Source: Nageia nagi
Lineage: Eukaryota; Plantae; Pinophyta
Length of the DNA stretch: 64,000 nt
Assembly: GCA_050084985.1 (NCBI GenBank)
Contig: JBITNC010000001.1
Coordinates: 63,302,001-63,366,000 of the forward strand
Direction of reading: 5' to 3'
Position 1 is the stretch's first letter, and each line of letters begins with the position of its first letter. The position numbers and the translations under genes are program-made. Below the pieces are notes generated by a model that saw nothing but the letters and a program-made list of their open reading frames with translations, did no database searches and had not been told where the DNA came from. This document shows positions 25,580-39,100 of this stretch, piece by piece.

Positions 25580-26978
25580 CTTGCAATTGTAGACCATAAA
25601 CTCTTTCATTTTGTTGATGGCCATACACTCGAAGCTCCTTCATCTCCTACTAATGCAATACTTGAGAGTTTATGTGCAAGAGAAAGCTTCACATTGAGGG
25701 GGGAAGCAAATAGAATTTTCCCACCATTCAATTTGCACTTAATGATCAAAAATTCAAAGATACTTCCATCAGCTACAAGCAACTAAAGATCCGGAAATGA
25801 AGATTCAATGTGAATGGATGAATTTGTATTCATTCACAACATGACAGATGTGATTATTTGTATTTATCCTGGATCATGGTTCATAATTATGATTAGATGT
25901 GTATGCCCCTAATCATAATTGTTGTGAACAAAGGTGTCCTTCGTTTACATCTTTGATGTTGAATAGAAGTTTGTCCTTTTCCATTTGTGGTACATGATGG
26001 ATAGAAGTGTTTGTCTCTATCCTTAGTTCCATGGTAAATGTGTTTATCCCTATCATTATATAAAAGTCCAATAAGATCAACTATGCTGAAGAAATGTAGC
26101 AAAGCTAGTTCCCCTATTGCTTATCATAAATAGATACGTATGTCTCTATTCATATTCTATGTACTTATGAACTATTGAGTATATTCATTAAATAATCACT
26201 ACCATTTTCTATCCTTGTTTGAATTTGATTCTCAGAACAGCTTCCAGGCTAAAAATCCCCACGGTAATGTCATAGAAAGGATTCAACCTTCCAAAAAAGA
26301 GTTCACAAAACAAACAAAAATTTGTCCACGAGGAACCAAAATAACTAAACGGCGCTCCAGAAAAAGCATTTGACAAAGGTAGGTTGGAGACTTTAACACA
26401 ACCAACACCAAAGATTTAGTCAGGGTAGCAAAGATAACAGAGTAAATACAACCCACATGAGTTGTACTAAGCATGATTTAAATCATGATCAAACATACAC
26501 AGTATTCTATCGTTGACTGTTTTTTGCAAACATTACACAAAATTAGGTTCCCAGGTTAAGAAGCTTTGCAGGGTTTGTCCAGCAATCCGCTGGAGAAATT
26601 TTTAAAGTACATTTGTCAATTTGTGAAAATTTCTAAATTCTAAGCATTATAAATTCACTTTAAAAGGATTGTAACCACCACTCCCCTAAGTACTAATACA
26701 ATTTTCTGTTCTTTGAGTTGTAAGATTATGACATCATCATTTGTTGATATACAAAGTTAAGTCTTACTCATAAATAATACAGTAAAGAACAAAATCTAGC
26801 CAAATCATACTGTACATTCCAAATGAACAGACAGGATTGACTAAAAAGGCCATTAAATAATAAGCTGAAACAAGAATCCAAGGAAAATTTATGGGCTGCA
26901 AACTTGTAAGCTGCCCTTTGCACTATTTACAGATTATTCAGGTTGTTGCTCTCCTATGTTTTCCACAAAAACGACATT

Positions 26979-27161
26979 TTAAAACCTAGCAATTTTTTGT
27001 ACACCAGGTGATCCCATCGACAAGGGGAAGGTTTGAGCTAAATTCTGCATTGCTTTTGCTACCTGTACTCCAGAATTAGAACTCCCAATAAAAGGTCCAG
27101 TAGACCCCTTGGTAACTCCTGGCTCAGGGTCTGTTTGTGGCGTAGTCATTGACCTTTGTAT
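26979..27161 (-). CDS. TAF12B: TAF12b-like exon 8, terminal (IQRSMTT...QKIARF*)
   Basis: Acceptor ATTCAG; 60 open codons then TAA at 26981-26979. Confidence 0.82.
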   Translation of the reverse strand: MQRSMTTPQTDPEPGVTKGSTGPFIGSSNSGVQVAKAMQNLAQTFPLSMGSPGVQKIARF

Positions 27162-30100
27162 CTGAATGTACCATGAAAAATACTTAAAAATTCACTCACA
27201 ACTGCAGCAATTATGTCAATCCCCACGCTCTTTTCAATCCTAAATCAATTGACTATGTAACAAAAAACTATATAACCAAGACAATATTGAGGTCTATATA
27301 AAGAAATAAGTAAAAGGGCAAAATTGTACCGCAGCAAGCCGTTGCAAGTGAGCCTCGCTACCAGACTGCACAACTCATAAAAAATGATACACCAGTTTAT
27401 AAGAGACTTTGTGCCTTCCACTTGAAACAAAAATACGTAATTACACGAAACATTACTCTATCTAAATACTCCTCAGTCTGGAACATTATTTCACCATACA
27501 TACAAGATGAAAACGAAAATAAAGAAATAGCAACAATTCTTACCGGCCTCATTTTTTTGTTACACTCCTTGCTAGTAAATCCAGGAACTGACAACTTGTA
27601 GTTTTTTACTAACAAAATATAAGAAAAAAATAGTAATTAACTGATTGTGCCTGTACAAACAACTTATGATCTAAAGAAGTACAAAAAAGTCATTTAGCTT
27701 ACAGCATTAAAAACTGGCACGATACATTATCAAATCAATTACTGAAATAATTAGTGCCACTAACCTAAATGCAAGTGCATGTCTTTGTCATCTAAAATAG
27801 GAGAATTCCGATGTTTAGCAAACGCCAATCCCCACTCGGTGGCCTGCTTAACAAAAAGAAATGAGAACCTTCATCATAAAAATAAACATTGATGCAATCA
27901 TTAATCAGGCGACTATAACGACATAGAAAGAAACAAATGGTTTGATTGTAAACCAAAGATGCATAGCATGTTCACTTTACGTTTTCAGCTATATTGAATT
28001 GATTATCTGACCTGAATATCTCATTTATATGAAGAAAATTTGGATAGATACATCACAATATGTAAGCAACAGATTTAGCTGACATTTTGTAAGTTTTTTA
28101 AATTTGAGAAACTGCTTTATTTTATCATAATCTAGTATATAATATTTAGTTGGCTACACAAGCATACTACGAAGTTATTTGATGATAACACAGTCTATGT
28201 CCCCTTACGACTTTAATAAATATTAACTAGATTAGTTTCTTTTCCAAGCGAGTGAGCAAAACACTACCACAAAGTTGTCCAACCCTCCAGAAACAAAATA
28301 GAATTACAGATGAGAATATAGATGAATTACAAAAGTACTATATCTGATGACCAATGTATTATGAAAGAAGAAAATATTTGTCTGTGAAACTCCTAGTTTT
28401 AAAGTGCTTCAAACCTTGCTCACTGTGAAAGGTCTTACTCAAGCACTAGGGTTACCTAATGTTGAAGTAACATTCTAAATATAGTCCTATAGAAATATAT
28501 GCCATCAACGTGATGTTATGAAAATCTCAAGTACTGTAATAGATTGAAACCCCATAATTATTGTCATGTGTTAGGTCCACACCCATGTTATTTGACATGC
28601 ATGAGGAATATATGCTGATAAAACAGGTTTTGTAAACTGGCCATAATCTTCCAATTATTCGGTGAACATCTGATTATAAAGATACCAATTTAAGTGTACT
28701 CTATGAGGGAATACGCACAAAAGCATATTTTGCTGATCTATCTGAGCATGTCGTTTATTTTTCATAAAAAAGAAAATGCTATAAACGTTAAGAGGTATGC
28801 CCTACCTCGATAATATACAATAACATGCTAAGGCACTAATTCTATCAAAAATTTAATATATCTTTGTCTATAAAAAACAGTGACTCTTGGAATTAATATT
28901 TTCACTAAAATTGTTTAAGTTCTCTTACCCACGTGTCCCACTTCCCAAGAAGCTAGTTCACAGGATTTATTTGAATTTGCTAGTCAAAACCAGTAACTTC
29001 AATCTTACAATTGACTTATAACAATAAAACTTTCACTGTAAAATTAACTGGACGAGATTTAAATAATCGTGAAGAACAGATTTATTACCATAAACCACAT
29101 TTTTAAACTCTTATCTTTAATTGATGGCTAAAAATGATCAGGATTTAATTTGTTCAAGTTCTGCATGCCATGCTTTTTACCATTATATGGTCAAGAATTC
29201 TTCAGGACTAGGATAAAATGCAATAAAGGAGCTTTGTGTCATGACAAAAAGCATTATGTAACATATCTAAATTATAACAAAAATAATTAAATAACTTACC
29301 GAATTTAAAAAATCATCTGCTAGTTCTGAAAGAAAATCTACAAGTTCAGGATCTGCTTCTCATTCGGGTCAACCTACATACATGGGAAGCAAAACATTAA
29401 ACAGCGTCCAATCAACAATCACTCGAACCTTTTTGATAAAACCAGTAACACAGAATCACAAGCTACATATCATTCACAAAATTCAAAGCACAAAGCTTTT
29501 AATAATAAAGTGGCAATTCAGACAAAGGGAACCAATAGTTACTCATTTGTCAGTATCGGAATAATTTCCTAAAAAGTGTTTGCAAGATTATTCCCTTGAT
29601 TACAGAAAAACATTAAAGAATAAAATTTACCTTCACCATCCACATGCAATAGGAAATTAGGGGGAATTATAATGGGTGCTTGGACCTCACATTATTATTA
29701 CAACCAAACACCCTGCCTAGCAAAATCAACAGGAGACATGTTACACTTGCACTCAGAGAATCTTCAGAAGAGGACACGTTTATTTTAGCTAAATTTTAAC
29801 TATTGCTATTATTGGATCCACATCTCTGATATTAGCAGACAAGAAAAAAAATCCTACTTTGTTATAATAATGCCATCTCATATGATGTACTTGTCACTGT
29901 TTTGAGGCTTTCTATCCATGTCTAGAAAACATTCAGTAACATGACAAAAAATCAGAGACAGGAAGATCTCTTCCACTGAATTAAATGTTAAAGGAGTTCT
30001 GTACAAAATGTCAATGGTAGCATCATAGCATACAACCAAACACCTTCCAAGTAAGATTATGATGGATAAGGTGCTCGTCAAATACCTGTTTGGCATCTTG

Positions 30101-33100
30101 ACTCTTGGTAATAGACCCCATATTGTAGTCAAAAGTGTTCCATTGGACCGAAAGACCCAAGTGATGAAAAGTCAAATGATAAAAAGTCACATGGGATCAT
30201 TCTAGTGACATGAGCTGATTGTGCTCATCATATTTAATTTAATATCCTCTACAAATGAGCAATCAGTATTCTCCAACTCGAAAGTTTAATTGTTTAGAGC
30301 ATTCCACAAGACATGCTTCCAAATGGATGGTTGATGATGTGGCCTGGAAATGGAAGAAAATACCAAATAAATTATGTAGTAATTAATACCAAGAAGAATG
30401 AATATTTTTATTATTTAATTGAGTAAACCCTTTTTTAAATTTCAGAAAAGGGTACTTAAGCTCCTTTTATATGTTCTACCATGTAGGGGTGAAGAGATTT
30501 GAACCTGGCCTCTCATGGAGTGTTCTCATTACTTCCCAACTCCCCTAATACGGTGGACAATTTGTTGAATATGACTATATAGCATTTTGGTCAATTCAAA
30601 AACCAAGTAAAGAACAAATGTTCATCAAAGAAGGATTTCTCCATTTACCCTAATGTTGTGCCTCCACAACACGCCTCAAAATTCACAAGTTTGGGGACCC
30701 AAGGACTTTGCCTAGTCATGACCATTGAGGAGTTAGCATCTCACACATCCAGCCATAGTTGTTCAACACTCTCAAGTCTCAACAAGAACTAAGCATTACA
30801 TCCCTCCCAACCTTAGTCAAACGATTTAAATGCGAAAATGTCAAGAAACGACTAAGTCTGGAAAAAGAAACGTCTAGTTAGGTGAAGTAGGGAAGTCCAA
30901 GTCGAAGAACCCAAAACTCCACTAAGTGATCGAAGATTTTGTCTCCTAGTAATGCATCTAGAGAAAAGCTCACCAAGAGGTTGGGCACATACCTAACACA
31001 AGACAAATTTGTGACTTCTTTAGTCATGCGCTTGGCTAAAAGGAGTCTCAACACGGAGCAAAGAGGTTAAGATGCAAAATCCCAACCTTCGGAAGGGATT
31101 TCCAATCAAGTGAAACGCTAAAGGAGTGAGTGCATGATTCCAAAAGTCATAATTATGACTTTTTGAGGCTTGCGCCTAAGAACAAGGAGACTTGAGGATC
31201 AAGCGCATGAAAACAAAAGACAAGATGACGACTTCTAGGAGCATAAATTGGATTTGGACAATGTTCCAATTGAGCCCATGACGAAAAAATTGGCTAATGA
31301 CCTAGGAACATCAAAGGAGACTCAGAAGCACACAAGGAGCCTAGCGCATGGATTAAAGAGACAAAAACATAATTTCATGGCACATACACTCAAGGAAGGC
31401 CAATCTAGCCCAAGCACATGGGTTAAAATGATAGAAATGTGACATTTTCTGGGCATGCATCCAAGGAAGGGAACAATAGGAACCCACACAAGAGGAAAAT
31501 AGACAAAACCATGACTATTGAAAACTTGCGCCAGGCTTAGGTAGAGGTCTAGTTCACTTTGAAGGAGAAATTTCGCTAAAGCATAGACTTAGAAGCGTGA
31601 GATTAGGCTTAGGAATGCACAAAGGTCCAAGCGTATGAATTAAGAAGACAAAAATATGACTTCCTGGGGCATACGCACAAGGAGGAGACCAACCCAGACC
31701 AGGAGCATGGAGAAAAAAGACAAGATTGTGACTTCTTAAGGCTTGCGCCAGGCTTGAGGTGGCCCTTGGAGGTGTTTAAGATCAAATTTGGCTAAGTATG
31801 GGCACAAGGAATCCTAAAACCAACTTGAAATCAAGCCAGGAAGGAGGCTAGGAGTAAAACACACGTAATTTCAACTCTTGAAAGCATGCACTGGTCCTGA
31901 AAGCCTCCAGTCAGGCACATGGATTGAAAAGGCATAATCTTGACTCTTGGAGGCATGCGCCTAACCCAAAAGCCCATTAAGCTCCAACACAAGGTCCAAA
32001 AGACAAAGATTTGAAGTTTTAAGCAGGTTGCATCCCTAAATTGACTAGCTTGAGAGGGAATTTTGAATTTGCCACATTTTTAGCCAATCCTAGCTTACTA
32101 GGGAGGCTTAGACCTAAAATTTTGTTATAAAATGGAGGGAAGAGCTCATTTGCTCCTCACAAAATCATCTGCTCTCCCATTCCTTCGCAATAAGAGAAGA
32201 AGAGTGCAAATTGAAGGATCATTTACGGGGCTTGCGAGTGGGTGTCTTGTGTGAGAGATAGGGAGGACTTCAATTCGCATCAAATAGCCAAGATGAGCTC
32301 CTCCAAGGGTGATGCAGCTAGGGAGCTGGAGAGGTTGAAGAGAGTTAGTCCCATGGAGATGTACCAAAGGCAAGAATCCCTATGGCAAGTGGCCAAATTC
32401 TCCAAGAATGGATTCGCCACCATTATAGACACAGATTGGAGAACATCAATCCAATGCAAATAGTGGAGAAGGTCTCTAAGATGGATCCAAGTACCTTGAA
32501 ACATCATATTTTGTTCTTCTCAAGGTTAGTCACAGCAACCACCATCCCTTTCACGATGCCTTTACCAGAGTTATGCATTGAAGTGAGCCAACACTGCAAA
32601 ATGGATGAAAGGGTGCTCCGAGACATAAGAGGTGAAGTCATCATGGACTTCAGCCCGAGAATAGTGAAGCAAGCCTTCCAATGGACGAACGAGGGAGAAT
32701 ATGTCTAATGCGAGGAAAAGTCCCTAGCCCTCTACCAAGCAACCAACAAGTCGAGTCCATGATCAAGGATTGGATGTTCAATGAGCACCGACAGCTGAAA
32801 GGAAATCCACTAGTCAATGCCAAGCGCACGAACTTTATCCCCACCGTTGACAAGATCATCAAACTGTTGTCTCGGGTGTTAGGGAAGGAGGATAACACCA
32901 AGTTCAGAAGGCATTTTTCGGCTTCATCATCCTAATTAGCAAAGGGAAGAAGATTGATGGAGTAAGGTCATCAGTGACACCATCGCCAATCAGTTGTCCT
33001 CCATCAACACCACCAAAAAGTTTTAAATGAACTCATATTTGATGTACTTGCTACTCAATTGCAAGTATAAAACCACAACCTTCGGTGAAGAAGACTTGTA

Positions 33101-36100
33101 GATAAGCGGAGGTCATCCAGTTGCAATGCTATTCCAAGTAGAAGATCAAGAGGAGGTGGAATAGCTTCTTCAAGAGAAACGATGGTTGGGAGTACAAAAT
33201 ATACAAGGAATTGAAAGGGGAAGTGTCAGTCTCAAGAATCTCCAACCCGCCAAAGATGACTACAAAAGGTATGGAGACTTCTTCCTTCAAGATTCGGACT
33301 TCTCTTACATCAGGATATATGGGTCTTCCATAGAGTGGTATCAATTGCCTCAATATGTCAATAACAAGTTGATTTTGATGGAGATGATGAGGTAGTTGAC
33401 ATTTCTACATGAGCACATTTGGCACAAGAAGTTATTTACCACCAATCGACTAGTCATAGTGGGTGAGTATCAGTGTCGAGTATGGGCCATTGTTGACACT
33501 ATGAAGGAAGAACTTGAGAAGTATTGTTTTAGCAAGATGAACATGGCCAAGCACTATGACTCTTACCACAAGATACACAACTTCTACATGAACGAGAGGA
33601 AGGGGGCATACAATCATAAGTCACATGGAGATGAAGATTTTTTCATGAATGTGAGTAGTGTGATTGAGATCAAAAGGATACGTGTTCAGTTGCAAGAATA
33701 GGCTAAGGCAAAGCAAAGGCCATAGAAGAGATGATCAATAAATCCCTTTCATCGATTAAGGGTAAGGGAAGAGATGATTCTACTTCACAACTCACTCTAT
33801 ACTCCTTGGCGAATGAGGACCAGGTGGGATAGTATGCTACCATGTGTGGGAAACATCCAATGGACATGACAGTAGAGAAGGTCAAGGAGCAAATGGATAA
33901 TTATGCTTTAGATGAGTTATAGGAAGTTGCTATGGATAAGAGAGTGAGGTGCGTGAGGATCAAGACAAAAGACCCATTGCCGTAGGCCACCCAGTAGAAG
34001 GGCAAGTCAACCTCCAACATCAATCGTTCCACCTTCAAATTCGCCATCCTCTGGATCGAAGTATAATATGTTAAATGAGGAAGATTAGGTAACCAGGCTC
34101 AAGACCCAAGGGAAGGAGATCAATGCCACACCATGGACGAAGAGGATGAAGATGATCCAATTTAAATAGTAGAAAAGGGGCAAAAGCCTTCATTGTCAAA
34201 CCATTCTTCATTGAGGAGTAGAGAGAAGACCCTAGCACCACAAACAGCAATAAAGAGAGCACACCATATGAGATCACCTCACCAAGAGTCTCCAAGTAGC
34301 AAAGGTAAAAGGAGAACTGAAGTGCGGAGAGAGACCATCAAAGAGACAAGGCAAGAGGTAGTAGATACCCAAGGACCTCTAATCGAAGCACATTAGCCAA
34401 GGGTAGATGACGGTTGGGACATTGACATGAGAGAATGCCTCAACGTTTTCCAAATGGACCTAGGTGAAGAGTTTGAAGAAGAGGATGAAGGCATCAAGTT
34501 GGGAAGAGTTCCACAACACCCAACAGGAGTCAAACTTACATCAAAATGGGAGAGAATTCAATGCATATCAAGATAGTATTTACTCACAAGGTTAATCCTC
34601 AAAACGAAAAAAATCTCAAGCAAGTGATCCAAGTGATAGAGATAGGACCCATTGAAATTGTTGGAAGGAAACATTCCATCATTGCCAATGCAGATGCCAT
34701 AACGAAGGATGGGTTGCAAAAGAAAAAGAAATCAAAGGCTTGAGGAAGGAATTGGTTGTCCCAAGGAAACTGACAAAGGCTAAGTTGCACGAAATGCGGA
34801 AACGTTTCCAAGTTTCTGAAACGGAAATGCATGGAATCATGACCACTCCAAAATGGGTACGTTGGGGGAAACATGTTATATAAGAAGTAAAATATATAAA
34901 TATATCTCTTTTTTTTTTAAATACCACATTAACTTGCAAAAAATGAATGATACACATAAATAACAATTTAGAAGGAATACCATGTCTATATTAACTCCCA
35001 TAGATGATTACATGATGCAACATCCAAAATAAGCCTTTATAGATGAAGCTTTACAAATTTCCGAGTTTCTTCCAAGTTTTCGAGTTTCCAAAAGTTTCCG
35101 AAACAGGAACACAACTGTTTTACAAGTTTCTTGCAACTTAGGAAAAAGGAGATCTAAATGGCAAGGATGACCTTGGAGGACATCATGAAGCAAATTCCTT
35201 TGAATGAAGGGCTATCAACTGTCAAGGGAGAATTGATCCAAGAAGTTGTTGATTTAGGAGCACTTGTACACATGCGCTAGCCTTGGGGAGACTCCTAGAC
35301 CCCTACGTTGGCCCATGATGACATCTAGCACCCACGAATGACTCCTAGACCCACATGGCACCTTGGACTCCCACGTTGCATTTATGGCCTCTAGATACCC
35401 ATGTTGGCATGCTTGACCCCTTGGCACCCACATTGGAGACCTTGGGCCTCCAAGTGGCTAACGTTGAGATTGGGGAGGTTGGGGATGACTCCTAGGTGAG
35501 ATCCAAACCCAATGATGAGCTATATAAGGCTAAGGAGCCTTCTGGATGAGATAGACTTGATTTTATATTGAAACCCTTCTCTTCGAAGTTACCAAAGACT
35601 TGGCAATGTCAAGCACCTTTGAGCATAGTGCACAAGGAGAGTTTAGGAGGCATGGAACACCTTTTGTCTTACGGTTGAGGTAAGTGTTCGTGTTGTGAGG
35701 TTGCCTTACCCTGAGGCGTCCACAAGTAGTTGAATCTTTGAACCCATCCAAGTGGCATTCCAGAATCACATTTGTTCTCTTCGTTGGGAGTTATCCTGTA
35801 AGGGAGCCCTTCAATGTGGCATCCACAGAACTAGTAGTGTGTGATTGTTCTTCAGCAGTTTCAGGATCTATCTCAACATATTGTATGCCCTAGTTGGCTC
35901 CTTGGAGGCCAACGTTGAGCCCTCTTGGGCGTGTTCAATATTGTACTCATTATTCTCTCACTAATTGAAGTCATGGCATACTTGGATCTCATTATTATCT
36001 CATAATTGTGTGTGTTTGGTGCAATCTTGTCTCATTGCGCATGACGTTGGGCATTTGAGTGATATTCTTACTGTATAGTGAGTCGTTGGCATTCTTGGCC

Positions 36101-39100
36101 CATTTTTGTGTATTTGATGCTCTAGATCAGACATGGCATGCTTGAAGGTGCAATTTGATATTGTTTGATAATTTTTTGGCTACTTTTTGGGTTAAGCATA
36201 TTTGGGAATATTACATTAATGCAATGTTCTTAGTTTTAGTTTATTTTATTTTGCATATATTTCTCTATTCTGGATATATCTTGGTTAAGTTTGTGTTGTA
36301 TGAGGATTTGCTCCCACAAGTGTTGGTTAATTTAGATGTTGACATATGGCATGATATTATTGGACCTCATTTAATTTAGGTTTATTTGAGTTGAATTGCA
36401 TTTGAGTTTACTTTAGGGTTAAGACAACACTTCAAAAGTATAAATAGCCCTAAAGGGCTCATTTGTACGGAGATGATGATCATTTTTACAAGAAACCTAT
36501 TTTGAGAGAACTTGTCAAGACTTTGGTGCTATCTTGTATGAATGTTAAGCATAATATAACAAATCAATGCTTGTTTCACTTAATGGGATTGTAGACTTGA
36601 ACACTTGTACTTGATGTTGAGTGTACTTGGGTTATTGTATAACTTATGTGCATTTCTCTCAAGTGTAGGCTTGTTAGGAAGTTGAATGACTATCTTACGA
36701 AGTTGTATAATTGCCATTTGATGAACATTGTCTACTCTTTCGCATGTAATGGGTGTACGCTAGTGAATCATTTTCTATATCGTTTGGCTTGAGGTTGGAC
36801 AACACTGTTGCAGGCTCTTTCTTACATACAATCTAGACTTAATCGTTTGATGTGAGGTTGGATTTGTGAGTACACATCTCATAATTAACCCAGAAAAGAA
36901 GTGACCTAGCTGCTGCCCCATGGGTGAACTTGCTTTTGAACAAACTCCTATCATGTGCCATCATCCACATATTGCACCTTTTATCTTTTTTCTTAGTCAT
37001 TTTTCTTTTTTTATTCTCAAAAGTCTATACCCTGAAGTGATGTTGAATAACTCCGAGTCCTGCAGCAAACATGGTTAACAGTTGTTGCCTCTATCTTCCC
37101 ACTGAGTATTCCAAGTATAGCTACTGTCATAGTCGCATAAGACATCTCATGATACTAGAAACCTTGGGGTAATCAGTCCTTACAAGTGGAGGTTAGTAAC
37201 ACAACCTCACTCACATGTTCGGTGCCCTTTTCCTGTTATCACCTAAGTGATCTTCATAAGTGAAAAGAAAACCATCCCAACACCTAATTATTTAAATTTC
37301 TGTGAAGATTGGGCTCTAGCCTTGTCTCCTTATGCTGGATGCAGTTTCATCCTATCTATCTGTATTGCTTTACAAGGATGGCAGAGGGCTTTGGCATCTG
37401 TTCCACCATCACTTTACTATAGCACATTCCCTCTCCTCCCCTGCTTCTGAACTTGTTCAGTGTCTGTGAATCATTGCCCCTTATACAAGAAATTTATTAG
37501 CATACCTATTACGTGTCACTGAAAATTAGTCAAGCAGTTCTGGAGGAAAATTCTGTGCCGAGAAGCTTGGTGCTAACACCAATACAAGAGGCATCAAAGG
37601 TGGAACAAATGGTTTCACATACAACAGATTTCAATGACGAAGAACAAGAGCCTACCTCTGAAAGATCATCTATCCAAATCATTTGGAAAGCAAGAAGACT
37701 TTGGAGAAGACATGGAACCGGTGGAGACATTTTCAAGGCTCAAGTAGATATTGCTAAATAGTACATTCTTAGTCAATATAGATCCACTTCTGACACAGAC
37801 GTTTCTCAAACTACCTGCGAGTGCTATATTTGGGCATATAGAAGTGTGAGTCAAGAAGAAAATTCAAGATGAAGATACTCTCACGTTTATCAAGGAAGCT
37901 GTCGCCTTCAACAGGTTCACAAGTGATGTCTTTATCCTCGTATTCCTTCGTAACTGTCAAAAATTTGTCTTTCCCATTAGTCCTCATTTTGCTGTGCAGG
38001 ACAGAGACCCGTTTGTCACAATTCTGACTGCAAATGATAGTTTCACCTATAGCAGGAAACAGTTCGGTTTTAAGAGCAGTGGTTCTGTTTCTCAAAATAG
38101 AACCCTTCATCATATTAAGGATCAATTACTGCAAATTGGCTTTGATTGTATATTAAGCTTCTTAGTACTAATACAAAATAAAATTATAACACAAGGTACG
38201 GCCTAGTATAGTTTTTTCTCCAGCAATTGTAGCATAATTCTCTTCAATAAACGCCATCATTGAGAAAAAGATATAGCAAATACAAACAATCCCAATCCTG
38301 AGAGCCTCGAACTTCCCATTCCTTGTATGAGCTTTTGTTGTCTGAGAGACTGGTTTATATTGGCTGTGGTCAACCCAATCTAATTTGTGAACCCATGCCT
38401 AGTGCAGCTGACATGAGATTTTGGTGCATCCACAATACTTGAATGGTATATGTCAAACTTAAATTTATTCCAACTCTGTCAAAATTTCCTTTCCTTTCTT
38501 AAGTATTTACTTGCTAACTTACTTTAATGAAAATAACAAAATAGAGCCAAACCAAATCTACAAGAGGTTCAGCCAGACCTGATAACCATATAGACAGCAT
38601 CTCATACCTTGAAGGAAAAACAGAAGGTAAAGACAGAATAACAGCCTATAATGTTAGTTCATCTAGCAAGTTGATTTGACAATTGATGTTATGTCATGAA
38701 CATGACTTAGCATAAGATCATTAAACATTGATTTCACATTTGTGTCAGTTGTATTCAATGATCAGCTTATGAATTTGATTACTAAATTGAGATCTGATCC
38801 TTCTAGTTCTTCGGGTTATGCGGAATCTGCCTGTTTTCCAATTTTAGTTGATTATTTTGCGAAATAATTACTGTAACTTGATGTGAAATGGTTAATATAA
38901 AATTTATTTACTTTTTTGAAAATAGCTTCACCAAAAGAGTTTTATGATTTTTCAAGCTTTTGTCGACTCCAAATATGTAAAAAATATTTAATATGAATTT
39001 CACTGCAAATAAAAAGCTATAATATGCAATAGCATCTCAATATTATATGTCAAGCACTGAACAAATAGATATATTGATTCATGCATGCACAAAAAATAAC

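Noticed and set aside
30482-30545. tRNA/SINE-like segment with B-box GGTTCAAATC on the minus strand (similar traces at ~23445 and ~24710)
   Set aside because: No convincing A-box, cloverleaf, tail or TSD.
30990-32030. CRISPR-like repeat-spacer array
   Set aside because: Eukaryotic context, whole units are degenerate copies rather than identical repeats with unique spacers, and there are no cas genes.
37500-38400. Possible decayed L1 fragments
   Set aside because: Only vague motif resemblance; no diagnostic domain could be read.
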